The position numbers and the translations under genes were made by a program. The notes below the pieces were generated by a model. That model had not been told where the DNA came from and did no database searches. It saw only the letters and a program-made list of their open reading frames with translations. From a candidate division WOR-1 bacterium RIFOXYB2_FULL_46_45 (GTDB lineage: Bacteria; Margulisbacteria; WOR-1; XYC2-FULL-46-14), in NCBI GenBank assembly GCA_001771585.1, contig MEUE01000001.1:191789-255788 (forward strand): a stretch of DNA of 64,000 nucleotides. Reading direction: 5' to 3'. Shown piece by piece: positions 17,321-26,699 of this stretch (positions within the stretch are counted from its first letter, which is position 1; every line of letters begins with the position of its first letter).

Positions 17321-18338
17321 CTTTTTTGTTTTCTATTAATTTTAAGTCTTCTCGAACCATTATCCTTACCAATTCGTCAAATTTTACCTTGGGCTTCCAA
17401 CCTAGCTTACTATTTGCTTTACTTGAATCACCCAATAAAAAATCAACTTCAGATGGTCGAAAATATTGCGGATCAATTTCAACTAAAACCTTTCCATTTG
17501 CGCAATTAACCCCTTTTTCATCTACCCCCTTACCCTTCCAGACTAATTCTATTCCAATCTCGGCAAAAGCCCTCTCACAAAACTCTTTAACTGTATGAGT
17601 TTCCCCTGTTGCAATCACATAATCATCAGGCCGATCTGCTTGCAACATCAACCACATAGCCTCCACATAATCAGGCGCGTATCCCCAATCGCGTTTGGCA
17701 TTGAGATTTCCTAAAAGAAGCTTTTCCTGAAGGCCATTTTTTATTTTTGAAACAGCTTCTGTAATCTTGCGTGTAACAAAAGTCCGGCCTCTTCTGGGAG
17801 ATTCATGGTTAAATAGAATGCCGCTACACGCAAAAAGCTTATAAGCTTCGCGATAATTAACGGTAATCCAATGCGCGTAAAGCTTGGCCACACCATAAGG
17901 GCTGCGAGGGTGAAAGGGAGTTTTTTCGTTTTGCGGAACAGTTTCGGAAAATCCTCCAAACATTTCACTGGTGGATGCCTGATAAAATTTTGTTTTAACC
18001 CCAGATTCTTTGATCGCGTCAAGCAAACGAAGTGTTCCAATCGCATCAGTTTCCGCGGTATATTCCGGCACATCAAATGAAACCTTAACATGTGATTGGG
18101 CGCCTAAATTATAAATCTCATCCGGCCGTATTTTTTCTATCAAACGGCTAAGACAAGAAGAATCTGTTAAGTCTGCATGATAAACCTTAATTTGATGCAG
18201 AATATGATCAATCCTTTCTGTGTTAAAAACCGAAGCCCGCCGCATAGCACCGTAAACCTCGTACCCCTTGACTAATAAAAACTCAGCCAGATAAGAACCA
18301 TCCTGACCAGTGATCCCAGTAATAAATGCTTTTTTCAT
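17310..18338 (-). CDS. gmd: GDP-mannose 4,6-dehydratase
   Basis: [61 protein letters not shown]. Confidence 0.96.
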   Translation of the reverse strand: MKKAFITGITGQDGSYLAEFLLVKGYEVYGAMRRASVFNTERIDHILHQIKVYHADLTDSSCLSRLIEKIRPDEIYNLGAQSHVKVSFDVPEYTAETDAIGTLRLLDAIKESGVKTKFYQASTSEMFGGFSETVPQNEKTPFHPRSPYGVAKLYAHWITVNYREAYKLFACSGILFNHESPRRGRTFVTRKITEAVSKIKNGLQEKLLLGNLNAKRDWGYAPDYVEAMWLMLQADRPDDYVIATGETHTVKEFCERAFAEIGIELVWKGKGVDEKGVNCANGKVLVEIDPQYFRPSEVDFLLGDSSKANSKLGWKPKVKFDELVRIMVREDLKLIENKKDVY

Positions 18339-18706
18339 TTTGCCGATTGCTGCTCCTTTTTATTCTGATTTTCAGACGCCACCGCTTTAAATATTGCGAA
18401 TTCTTGTGCAATATCTTTGATTTGTATGGATAAAACAGATATTTTCATCGAAAAATATATCAACATTACCAGGATAAAGCACGAGCTAAACAAAAGCAAT
18501 ACCGAGAATGGCAAAGCTACTCCAAAAACATCTTTGATCCTACTTAAAAAGTCCTGATTGAGTGTAAGAAAGATCATCAATATTATAATAAATAACCACC
18601 ATAAAGTAATAGCTTCGCTGATCTTTTTGCGCCTTAGAAGATCAAATATAAATCCTAAAAGCAATAGCGCAAGTACCACAATTGCCAATTGAACTCGGAT
18701 TGACAT
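18335..18706 (-). CDS. DUF2304-family small membrane protein (GacJ-like)
   Basis: Three TM segments, RRKKI near the N-terminus, YFSMKISVL...IKDIAQEFA tail; adjacent to a DPM1-like GT2. Confidence 0.8.
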   Translation of the reverse strand: MSIRVQLAIVVLALLLLGFIFDLLRRKKISEAITLWWLFIIILMIFLTLNQDFLSRIKDVFGVALPFSVLLLFSSCFILVMLIYFSMKISVLSIQIKDIAQEFAIFKAVASENQNKKEQQSAK

Positions 18707-18710
18707 TTTT

Positions 18711-19436
18711 CTATTTTCTCCTTTCTAAAAAAGATTTCAACAAAACAGCTAAAATAGCAATAGTAAGCTTAAACGGATAATAAACAGATCTTAATCCGGA
18801 ATACATTGAGCGACCACCTATTCGCTCTCGCATATTTACTGGCACCTCGATTATCTTAAAGCCGGCAAAAATCAATGACAAAAGCATATCCGCATCGGGA
18901 AAATCGGCCGGCATTTCATGTGCCAAAAATTTAATCGCTCTCTTATTAAAAGCTCTAAATCCTGAAGTGGTATCGGTTATTTTAGAGCGAACAATCAGCG
19001 ACAAAAGAACAGAAAATATTTTTATTCCTATTTGCCGCGCCCAATGGATTTTCTGCTTACCACTTTGTCCATTTGTTAAAAACCTTGATCCAACCGCCAC
19101 ATCAGCAAGGTTTTCTTTCAGTGCAACAACCATTTTCGGTATTTCTTTCGGATCATGCTGGCCATCCCCGTCAACAACAACCATTAAATCATAATTGTTT
19201 ATTTGTGCGTATTTCAAGCCAGTCTGGATAGCTGCGCCAGCACCTAAGTTAACCGGATGCGATACGATATTAATCTCCAGATTTCTTATTAACTCTTCGG
19301 TCTTGTCAGTTGAACAATCGTTAATAACTACAAGGTCATTGGACAAACCAACATTTTTTACTTCCTCAATTACCCTGATAATGCTTTCTTCCTCGTTAAA
19401 AGCGGGGACAATAATTAACAGTTTATCCATTGGCAA
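18711..19436 (-). CDS. DPM1-like GT2 polyprenol-phosphate glycosyltransferase (GacI-like)
   Basis: IVPAFNEEESI, INDCSTD, NLGAGAAIQTG, VDGDGQHDP, GSRF, DTTSGFRA, EVPVNMRER. Confidence 0.9.
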   Translation of the reverse strand: MPMDKLLIIVPAFNEEESIIRVIEEVKNVGLSNDLVVINDCSTDKTEELIRNLEINIVSHPVNLGAGAAIQTGLKYAQINNYDLMVVVDGDGQHDPKEIPKMVVALKENLADVAVGSRFLTNGQSGKQKIHWARQIGIKIFSVLLSLIVRSKITDTTSGFRAFNKRAIKFLAHEMPADFPDADMLLSLIFAGFKIIEVPVNMRERIGGRSMYSGLRSVYYPFKLTIAILAVLLKSFLERRK

Positions 19437-19512
19437 ATTCCTCTCAATTTGTTACAACAATACCATAAAATTACTTAACTCTCCACCACAAGCGGGCAGC
19501 AACATCCTTCCA

Positions 19513-20316
19513 TTATTTGGCTTGTTTAACAGGATTTCTTTTGATGACATATATAACTTGAAACAGCAAATTTCTTTTTTTTAATATATTAAAATTCTTT
19601 CCAAGATGGTTTTCCAGTTTCTTATGATTGAATCCTTCATGTTCCCCCTTCCATTGTCTCTCCAAATCCGATGTGTTATTAAAAAAGGAAGCTTTAACTA
19701 TATTGCTTATTGACATTGGCGATCGATATAAGCCAAACAACGCCAATGCAATACGCTGCATCAAGAAAGCAATCCCAACCATTTTAGGCACAGAAATCAC
19801 TATAATACCCTCTTCATCAATCAAAGCAAAAAGTTGTTCAATGAATTCAACTTTTGATGCATACAAATCCTCTTTTCTGCCTACATGTTCTATGATTTCC
19901 AAAAGAAATAATAAATTATATTTCTCATCGGCTAATTGCCTTTTTATTTCGACGATATTATGCTTTTCATTGCAAATTAATTTGACATTGCTAAGGGCCG
20001 ACATATCAACTAGTTTTTGCGCGATTTTAATAAAGTTTGGATTTTTATCAACCCCACAAACGAGATTAAAATACTTTGACAGCGAAGGCAAAAAGACCCC
20101 ATCAGCACAACCAAAATCAATCACATTACAGCGATAAAAGAATTGTCGCACAAGTTTAAGGGCCACATCAAAATGGATTGATTTAACATAAGAAGCAATC
20201 CCTGGTCGAAGATAATTGTACTCGGCGTAGGTTTTGCTTGTTATTTTTGGTTCCTGGTAGCAATTTCCACTCTCGCCTACGTATATTTCTAGGGGGGGAG
20301 CAATATAATACTTTAT
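19513..20316 (-). CDS. Class I SAM-dependent methyltransferase, apparent ATA start
   Basis: VIDFGCADG motif I, LEIIEHV. The track ORF (to 20511) overlaps the opposite-strand radical SAM gene; AGGAG lies 7 nt before an in-frame ATA at 20316. Confidence 0.75.
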   Translation of the reverse strand: MKYYIAPPLEIYVGESGNCYQEPKITSKTYAEYNYLRPGIASYVKSIHFDVALKLVRQFFYRCNVIDFGCADGVFLPSLSKYFNLVCGVDKNPNFIKIAQKLVDMSALSNVKLICNEKHNIVEIKRQLADEKYNLLFLLEIIEHVGRKEDLYASKVEFIEQLFALIDEEGIIVISVPKMVGIAFLMQRIALALFGLYRSPMSISNIVKASFFNNTSDLERQWKGEHEGFNHKKLENHLGKNFNILKKRNLLFQVIYVIKRNPVKQAK

Positions 20317-20339
20317 TTTAAATCTCCTATAAGCTAGTA

Positions 20340-20349
20340 TATAATTATA
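20340..20349. promoter_or_regulatory. Palindromic bidirectional -10 core TATAATTATA
   Basis: TATAAT on the plus strand (20340-20345) and on the minus strand (20349-20344) in the 37-bp gap between divergent genes. Confidence 0.55.
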
Positions 20350-20353
20350 ACAT

Positions 20354-21766
20354 ATGAAAGTATTGTTAGTTCGGGTATTTGTTGTCCCTGCGGAAGGCAT
20401 ATCTCCACCTATGTCTCTTATGTATCTTTCTTCATATCTAAAGTCAAAATATATAGATGTTAAAATACTCGACAAATGCATTAATAAAATACTAATTAAA
20501 AACATATGCAAAGAAAACCCGTATATTCAAGAGTTGTTACAAGATATAAAAAACCATGCTCCCGATATTATCGGAATGACACTTTTCAGTTGCGAGATAA
20601 AAGAAACAGCTATATTATGCAAATTATTCAAAATGGCCTTTAATTCGGCACTTATCGTTTTAGGGGGACCTCATCCCACAGCAATGCCCCAAGAAACTCT
20701 GGAACAAATCCCTGATTGCGACATTATTACCCGCGGTGAAAGTGAATTGATTTTTTATGAACTTATTCAAGGTTTATTGAAAAATAAAGACTTACATAAA
20801 GTTAAAGGTATTTCTTTTAGATCGGGAGGAAAAATTTACCACTGTGAAAATGGAGATATTGTTACTAATTTAGACTCCCTTCCTTTTCCAGACAGAGAAA
20901 ATGTTATACAAAACTATCGCAATGGCACATACGGCGATCTGTTTTATGGCTCCCCCCTCGATATTGTAATGACCAGCAGAGGATGTCCCTTTCAATGCAA
21001 TTTTTGTTTTAAGGTATGCAATAAATATAGAGCAAGGTCGCCCGAAAACGTTTTAAAAGAAATTGATTGGGTCATCAAAAACATTGCCCCTGTAAATATT
21101 CAGATAATGGATGATTCTTTTACAATTGAAAGAAGCCGATGTGTTGAAGTTTTGGATGCATTGATTAAAAAGAATTATCGCTGTAATTTTAGGGTGCGTA
21201 GCCGGGTCAATGTTGTTGACGATGAATTGCTGAAGAAGATGAAACAAGCCGGAGTCACCACTATCGTCTATGGGCTGGAATCGGGCTCACAAAAAATGCT
21301 TAATGCCTTTAACAAGCAAACTACGGTGGAGCAAAACCTGGCCGCCTGCGAAATGGCGAAAAGAGCCGGCTTGAACTGTTTTGCCGACATTGTTCTCTTC
21401 TATCCCGGTGAAACGAAAACGACACTAAAGGAAACTGAAAAATTTGTGCAAAAAGCAAAGCCGACCGCGATTCGCTTCCACTTATTCACGCCGCTACCGA
21501 ACACCAAAGCATACAACGAAGCGAAAAAATCCGGCCAGCTGGTTGGCAATTGGGATGGCAGCGGGCCAACGCCCTGGGTCAAGATTGATAGTTTTACCGG
21601 CCTTGACGAAATGGAACGGTATGTCAAACGATTATTTATAAGGAATATGGTGGACCCGATGAGGATCGTCTGGTTGATCCGTTCTTTTGGGTTAGCCTTT
21701 ATCAGGAATCCAAACCGTTTCATTAAGACTGTCTTTTTAAATCTGTTCCTTAAAGCAAAATACTGA
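20354..21766 (+). CDS. B12-binding radical SAM protein (only plus-strand gene)
   Basis: PPMSLMYLSSYL, IVLGGPHPT (B12 domain), SRGCPFQCNFC (CxxxCxxC), GLESGSQKML. Confidence 0.92.
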   Translation: MKVLLVRVFVVPAEGISPPMSLMYLSSYLKSKYIDVKILDKCINKILIKNICKENPYIQELLQDIKNHAPDIIGMTLFSCEIKETAILCKLFKMAFNSALIVLGGPHPTAMPQETLEQIPDCDIITRGESELIFYELIQGLLKNKDLHKVKGISFRSGGKIYHCENGDIVTNLDSLPFPDRENVIQNYRNGTYGDLFYGSPLDIVMTSRGCPFQCNFCFKVCNKYRARSPENVLKEIDWVIKNIAPVNIQIMDDSFTIERSRCVEVLDALIKKNYRCNFRVRSRVNVVDDELLKKMKQAGVTTIVYGLESGSQKMLNAFNKQTTVEQNLAACEMAKRAGLNCFADIVLFYPGETKTTLKETEKFVQKAKPTAIRFHLFTPLPNTKAYNEAKKSGQLVGNWDGSGPTPWVKIDSFTGLDEMERYVKRLFIRNMVDPMRIVWLIRSFGLAFIRNPNRFIKTVFLNLFLKAKY

Positions 21767-21803
21767 CTATTTGTAAGTTTTTTCCTTATTTCTGCCAAAG
21801 AAT

Positions 21804-21995
21804 TTATTTTCTAATGAAGCAATTCGTCGCTTTAAGGCAATGGGAGTTGAGTCCAGTCTGAATCTCCGCTCCGATGCCAAAATTGATCAGATGGGAAATA
21901 ATTCCCCTCCCAATAGTCCTTACGATCTCCGCGGTCGTATTCATCGAGCCATCGTTTACCACATAGGCAGGCACGATCACCAGTGTTCTAGGCAT
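21804..21995 (-). pseudogene. Deleted remnant of a DPM1-like GT2
   Basis: LVIVPAY|VVNDGSMNTTAEI...ISHLINFGIGAEIQTGL aligns with the first ~75 aa of 18711-19436, lacks the NEEESI segment and stops after QTGL. Confidence 0.8.
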
Positions 21996-23442
21996 GACTC
22001 TCCATTTTCCCTGACCGGCCTCTGGACCAATTAAATATTTGGCCGAATAAACTTATTCCACCTTTGAGATAGTTGCCAAATTCGTAGAATGTCCTGATCT
22101 TGAGTAATATTCTTAAAACTCTTAAGGGATCGATATAATATTGAAAATATGCCTTGCCAATAAGTTTTTTAATGTCATATGAAGGGGATGAGGATTGTTC
22201 AATCACGCAATTATCCCCGATGGCGACAAAATCATCCCATTTGATTCTCGCAAGATCGGCAGACGGGAAATAACGCTCAAAATCCTTAGTGCCAGGATAA
22301 GGAACTAGCATATTATAAAAGGCCAAGGTTGACGACACCTTTTTTGAGAATTCGATTGTACTTTCAGCCTGCGCTTCGGTCTCATTCAACGCGCCAAGGA
22401 CATAGAACGCCTGGGTCTTGAACCCAAGCTTATTGGCCAGTTTAATGGTCTTGGCCGCTTCTTCCGGATTAATCGGTTTGCCCATAGAGGCCAGGGTTTC
22501 CTTGTTGGCTGATTCAACCCCGAAACCAATATTATAACAGCCCGCTTTTTTCATTAAAACAAGCGTTTCTTTATCAACAGTATTGACCTGTGAAAAACAG
22601 AACCATTTCAGGCCGAGCCTCTTATCGATCATCCCCCGACAGATTTTTTCGAGCCGCACCCGGTTCATGGTAAAGGTATCGTCAGTGATTAGCAATTGTT
22701 TCGCTCCGTAATCTTTTTTTAGCATTTCTATTTCAGACAGGACATATTCCGCGGAGTGCGTCCGATATTTCCGGCCTGAGATGATCCGCGAAGCGCAAAA
22801 ACTACAGTTGAACGGGCAGCCACGACTAGTCAAGACAGAAAAAGATTCCTTATACCTGGCGTTGTGCATATTGGGCCAAAAAAGAGACGGGTCTATCAGC
22901 TCTCGCGCCGGAAAAGGAAGGATATCTAGGTCTTCGATAAAAGGGCGCTCTTCATTGCAAACGGCAGTTTCACCCGGTTTAAAAATAACTCCGGGTATGC
23001 CTTTGATCGGCTTATTGTTCTGGCAAGCGTCAACCAGCTCGAGCATGGTTATCTCGCCCTCCCCTTTGACTAGGCAGTCAAAACAGTCCGAATATTTTTC
23101 GATAATATATTGCGGCAGAGCCGAAGCGTGAACTCCGCCCAGGACTATCTTGGCGTTTGACACCGCTTTTATCCGCCGGGCGAGCTCGACCGCTCTGACA
23201 AAATTAGGCGTTGAACAGGTCAGTCCAATGATGTCGGGTTTGGCGGTTTGAATATTCCTTACCATCCCGTCGCAACTTAATTGTTGGGCGTCCATCTCAA
23301 ATAAACTGACATCGTGGCCGCCGTATTTTTGTAAATAAGAGGCAATATAACCAAGACCCAAAGGGAAATAACGTCCGGCTGCCCCGTTTAATCCCCCATA
23401 GAGGTCAATATATGGTGGAGAGATAAGCATTACCTTTGCCAT
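21988..23442 (-). CDS. B12-binding radical SAM protein
   Basis: PLGLGYIASYL, VLGGVHAS, SRGCPFNCSFC, GFGVESAN. Confidence 0.93.
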   Translation of the reverse strand: MAKVMLISPPYIDLYGGLNGAAGRYFPLGLGYIASYLQKYGGHDVSLFEMDAQQLSCDGMVRNIQTAKPDIIGLTCSTPNFVRAVELARRIKAVSNAKIVLGGVHASALPQYIIEKYSDCFDCLVKGEGEITMLELVDACQNNKPIKGIPGVIFKPGETAVCNEERPFIEDLDILPFPARELIDPSLFWPNMHNARYKESFSVLTSRGCPFNCSFCASRIISGRKYRTHSAEYVLSEIEMLKKDYGAKQLLITDDTFTMNRVRLEKICRGMIDKRLGLKWFCFSQVNTVDKETLVLMKKAGCYNIGFGVESANKETLASMGKPINPEEAAKTIKLANKLGFKTQAFYVLGALNETEAQAESTIEFSKKVSSTLAFYNMLVPYPGTKDFERYFPSADLARIKWDDFVAIGDNCVIEQSSSPSYDIKKLIGKAYFQYYIDPLRVLRILLKIRTFYEFGNYLKGGISLFGQIFNWSRGRSGKMESHA

Positions 23443-23444
23443 AA

Positions 23445-24248
23445 TTAACTCTTATCCTTAGGACCAGCGGCCAGGAAATAATGCAGATTTGCCAACAAAA
23501 CCGCCAGCGGCCGCGGCCAGAGGCCTGCCAGTAGTTCCTGCTCTTCATGGTGCCGCGTTCTGTCCCTAGTCAGCATAGACGATTGCGACCTTTCATATAT
23601 CCGATGCCATAATAGTTTTTTATTGACATAGCTAAAACCGCCCTCAATCCTGCTTAGCCTGATCCAGGATTCCCAATCCAAACTACATAGATATTTATCA
23701 TTAAACCTGAACTTACCGATCTTGCCTTTATTATACATCACAGTTGGGCAAGCGATCGGATTGCCGAAGGCCAAAATCGATCTTTTAAGAAAGCCGGCGG
23801 TGATTGTCTGCCCGACCAAAAAAGGAAGGAGACCTATTCTTTTTAGGATAAAGACCGGTCCCCAGCTTCGGATCTTTCCGTTAGTCGGTAATTCAGCATA
23901 ATCGGTAAAGGTGATCAGATTGACTCCTTCCCTCCCTTTGACCGCCCGTAAACATGATTCAGTGTACCGGTTCAGATAGATATCGTCCTGGTGCGCCAAA
24001 GTGATAAAATCGGTCGCGCATTGATCATAGGCGAAAGACCAGTCGGCAGCGATCCCCCCTCCAAAACTATTGACCAATAAAGGGAGGCCGTATTTTGCCG
24101 TGATCAGTTTTAAATAATCGGAAGAAACTGCCGCACAGACATAAATCTCGCTTTTAACCGTTTGTTTGAGCAGAGACTGTATGCAATCTTCCAAGAAAGG
24201 GGAATCATTGTAAGCGACGATCGCGAAGGTATGCGCTTTGGTAATCAT
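23445..24248 (-). CDS. GT2-family glycosyltransferase
   Basis: IVAYNDSPFLEDCIQSL, TLAHQDDIY, PIACPTVMY, DWESWIRL. Confidence 0.8.
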   Translation of the reverse strand: MITKAHTFAIVAYNDSPFLEDCIQSLLKQTVKSEIYVCAAVSSDYLKLITAKYGLPLLVNSFGGGIAADWSFAYDQCATDFITLAHQDDIYLNRYTESCLRAVKGREGVNLITFTDYAELPTNGKIRSWGPVFILKRIGLLPFLVGQTITAGFLKRSILAFGNPIACPTVMYNKGKIGKFRFNDKYLCSLDWESWIRLSRIEGGFSYVNKKLLWHRIYERSQSSMLTRDRTRHHEEQELLAGLWPRPLAVLLANLHYFLAAGPKDKS

Positions 24249-24249
24249 C

Positions 24250-25644
24250 TCATTTGCTGTCCTTGTTCAGGATATTACGAAACAATTTTAATCCATTCCT
24301 AACCAAGCCAAGATCTTCCAAGGACCGGATACGCATTAAACGCTTCAACAAATAACTGGGCCGGAAATAAAAGCGACGATATGCTTCGCGGTACTTGGCA
24401 TTGATCTGGTTATTGGTGAGATTTTTGTGCCGGAAGATCGGTTTAGAGTTTAGGAAGGGGTCGTAATTATCCCAGGATCCGGCGATGATCCGCCCCTCTT
24501 TTTTCAATTGTTCGTACATTTTTGTCCCAGGGTAAGGGATCGCTTTGGCAAACTGCACATAGTCTGTGTCGAGTTCAATGGCCAATTTTATCGTCTGTTC
24601 GACAGCCGCTTCGGTCTCTTCGAGGTTGCCGATCATATAATTAGCGACCGACTCCAGTCCGGCTTCTTTAAATAATTTAACGGCTTTGCGGACTTGTTCA
24701 AGAGTGATTCCCTTATTAATCGAATTAAGGATCTGTTGGTTTCCCGATTCCACACCAAGGGCAACACGATAACAGCCGGCGGCCTTTAGTTTTTTTAGCA
24801 GTTCGAGCGAAACATTGGGAACCCTGATGCCGGCCGGCAAGGACCAGGGTATCTTTATCTTCTTCGCCATGATCAGGTCACAGATCGCTATCGCTCTTTT
24901 GGGCTCCGCAGTAAAATTGTCGTCGATGATCGCAAACTCCTCGATCCGGAACCTATCGATCAGGTAGTTGATCTCCGCGACGACATTTTGCGGACTGCGG
25001 GCCCGGAAACGGCTGCCAAAAATCCCTTTATAGCAAAAAGCGCAGCAGGCCGGGCAACCCCGGGAAGAAACAATCGGCAAAATAAAAACGTTTTTCCGGA
25101 AATCGTTCTTGAAACGCTCAAGATGAAATAGTTCCCAGACGGGGAATGGGAGGGAATCGAGGTTTGCAATCAGCTCTTGGTCAGAGCGATGGACAGTCCG
25201 CCCCTCATTTTTATAGGATATCCCATTGATCGCGGCCAGGCTGCCGCCGCCCTCAAAAGCCGTATAGAGCACTGCAAATGTTTTTTCCCCTTCGCCCCGG
25301 ACGACAACATCGGCTCCGTGATCGAGGAACTCATCGGGAAACAAGGTTGGGTGTGGCCCGCCAACAATGATCTTAATGCCGTTGTTTTTGCTAATTATAT
25401 CTTTAATGATCTTAAGCGAATTATTAACAGCCGGCGTTGAGATCGAAAAACCCAAGATATCCGGCCGCGCAGAAAGCACTTTTGCGGCTGTGGCCTTTGC
25501 GTCCAGGCCTTCCGCTGCGGACGAGATGATCTCAACTTCCGCACCAAGTTGCAACAAAACCGCAGCCAAATAAGCCAATCCGACAGACGGTGAATTACTG
25601 GTCGTTATGGTCGGAATCGGCGGGGCAACCAGCACTACTTTCAT
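24250..25644 (-). CDS. B12-binding radical SAM protein
   Basis: SVGLAYLAAVL, IVGGPHPT, SRGCPACCAFC, LGVESGNQQIL; start at MKVVL via ATGA overlap. Confidence 0.93.
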   Translation of the reverse strand: MKVVLVAPPIPTITTSNSPSVGLAYLAAVLLQLGAEVEIISSAAEGLDAKATAAKVLSARPDILGFSISTPAVNNSLKIIKDIISKNNGIKIIVGGPHPTLFPDEFLDHGADVVVRGEGEKTFAVLYTAFEGGGSLAAINGISYKNEGRTVHRSDQELIANLDSLPFPVWELFHLERFKNDFRKNVFILPIVSSRGCPACCAFCYKGIFGSRFRARSPQNVVAEINYLIDRFRIEEFAIIDDNFTAEPKRAIAICDLIMAKKIKIPWSLPAGIRVPNVSLELLKKLKAAGCYRVALGVESGNQQILNSINKGITLEQVRKAVKLFKEAGLESVANYMIGNLEETEAAVEQTIKLAIELDTDYVQFAKAIPYPGTKMYEQLKKEGRIIAGSWDNYDPFLNSKPIFRHKNLTNNQINAKYREAYRRFYFRPSYLLKRLMRIRSLEDLGLVRNGLKLFRNILNKDSK

Positions 25645-26699
25645 TGGCTGTACCTGACCACGCCGCAATCATGACAAACTGTTTTTAGTCCCGAAGCTCT
25701 CTTGTCACCGGTAAAAAGTTGCCGGGCCGCTTGGTAGTGAGGATTGTTCCAAACCCTTTTAAAATCTTGGTCAAACAGCGCGAAATCGGTGGTTTTATCC
25801 GCGATCGTACAGCACGGGGAGATCGCCCCATCCCAGTTGACCACCACCCCCCGCCAGAGCCACCAACAGCCGCCGATCAATTCGTTGGGTTTATCAAACA
25901 CTTTCTGGTTGCCCAAATGCTTGTCAACCGGCAACCACTTTTCTTTGGTTGCGTTGTCGATCGGGTCACGCAGGAAGACGCTGGCAAAAACGATAGAGTC
26001 GGTACCCAGTTCTTTGGACAGCTCCTTGGCCGCCTCGACTTGATGGGAGTTCTGCCTGGTAACGATAAAATGCCACTTGATGTACGGCGTCTTGCTTCCT
26101 AACTCTTTTTTAAGCCGGGCGAATAATTTTATATTGACAATTACCTGATCAAAATTGCCCCCTACCCGATAGCGATTGTAGACTTCGGCCGTAACTCCGT
26201 CGAGCCCGACGACCAGGACATCCAGTCCCGATCTAATAATATCTTTGGCTCGCCGCTCTTCCAGCTGGAAAGAGAGATTACTGCTGACAGTCGTGCTTAA
26301 ATTGGCATTATGCGAGTATTGGATAAAACGGTTAAGGTCCCGGTGCAGGAACGATTCGCCCCAGAGGTGCAGGTAGACGTGAAAAGCGTAAGGGCCAAGG
26401 GTGTCGATCATCTTTTGAAAGGCCGCCAGCCCCATAAAGCCTTTTTCCCGGCCGGCGCTACCGGTCCCAGTAAAACAGAGTGGGCACTTAAGCTGGCAGA
26501 TGTTCGTCGGCTCTATAACAATCTCATACGGATAGCCGTTGACGATCGTTTTTTTCTTAAAAAAAGCGTACTCAATTTTAGCCAGATTGACCAATCTCTT
26601 TAACGTCAGCCGTTTCAGCCTGATATACGCGGCATAATAATAGTGCTTAAATAAGGAAAGATATTTTATCAGCAGTACGCGAAAGACAATCGTGCTCAT
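25641..26699 (-). CDS. Radical SAM protein with SPASM/Twitch C-terminal domain
   Basis: IEPTNICQLKCPLC, LWGESFL, GCWWLWRGVVVNWDGAISPCC, VCHDC. Confidence 0.9.
   Translation of the reverse strand: MSTIVFRVLLIKYLSLFKHYYYAAYIRLKRLTLKRLVNLAKIEYAFFKKKTIVNGYPYEIVIEPTNICQLKCPLCFTGTGSAGREKGFMGLAAFQKMIDTLGPYAFHVYLHLWGESFLHRDLNRFIQYSHNANLSTTVSSNLSFQLEERRAKDIIRSGLDVLVVGLDGVTAEVYNRYRVGGNFDQVIVNIKLFARLKKELGSKTPYIKWHFIVTRQNSHQVEAAKELSKELGTDSIVFASVFLRDPIDNATKEKWLPVDKHLGNQKVFDKPNELIGGCWWLWRGVVVNWDGAISPCCTIADKTTDFALFDQDFKRVWNNPHYQAARQLFTGDKRASGLKTVCHDCGVVRYSQ

Noticed and set aside
20244-20270. Frameshifted GTG start for the methyltransferase
   Set aside because: It requires an indel in an A5 run and has a weak SD; the in-frame ATA with AGGAG is more parsimonious.
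20317-20511. N-terminal extension of the methyltransferase given by the track
   Set aside because: It would overlap the opposite-strand radical SAM gene by about 160 bp; an SD-backed in-frame ATA at 20316 fits better.
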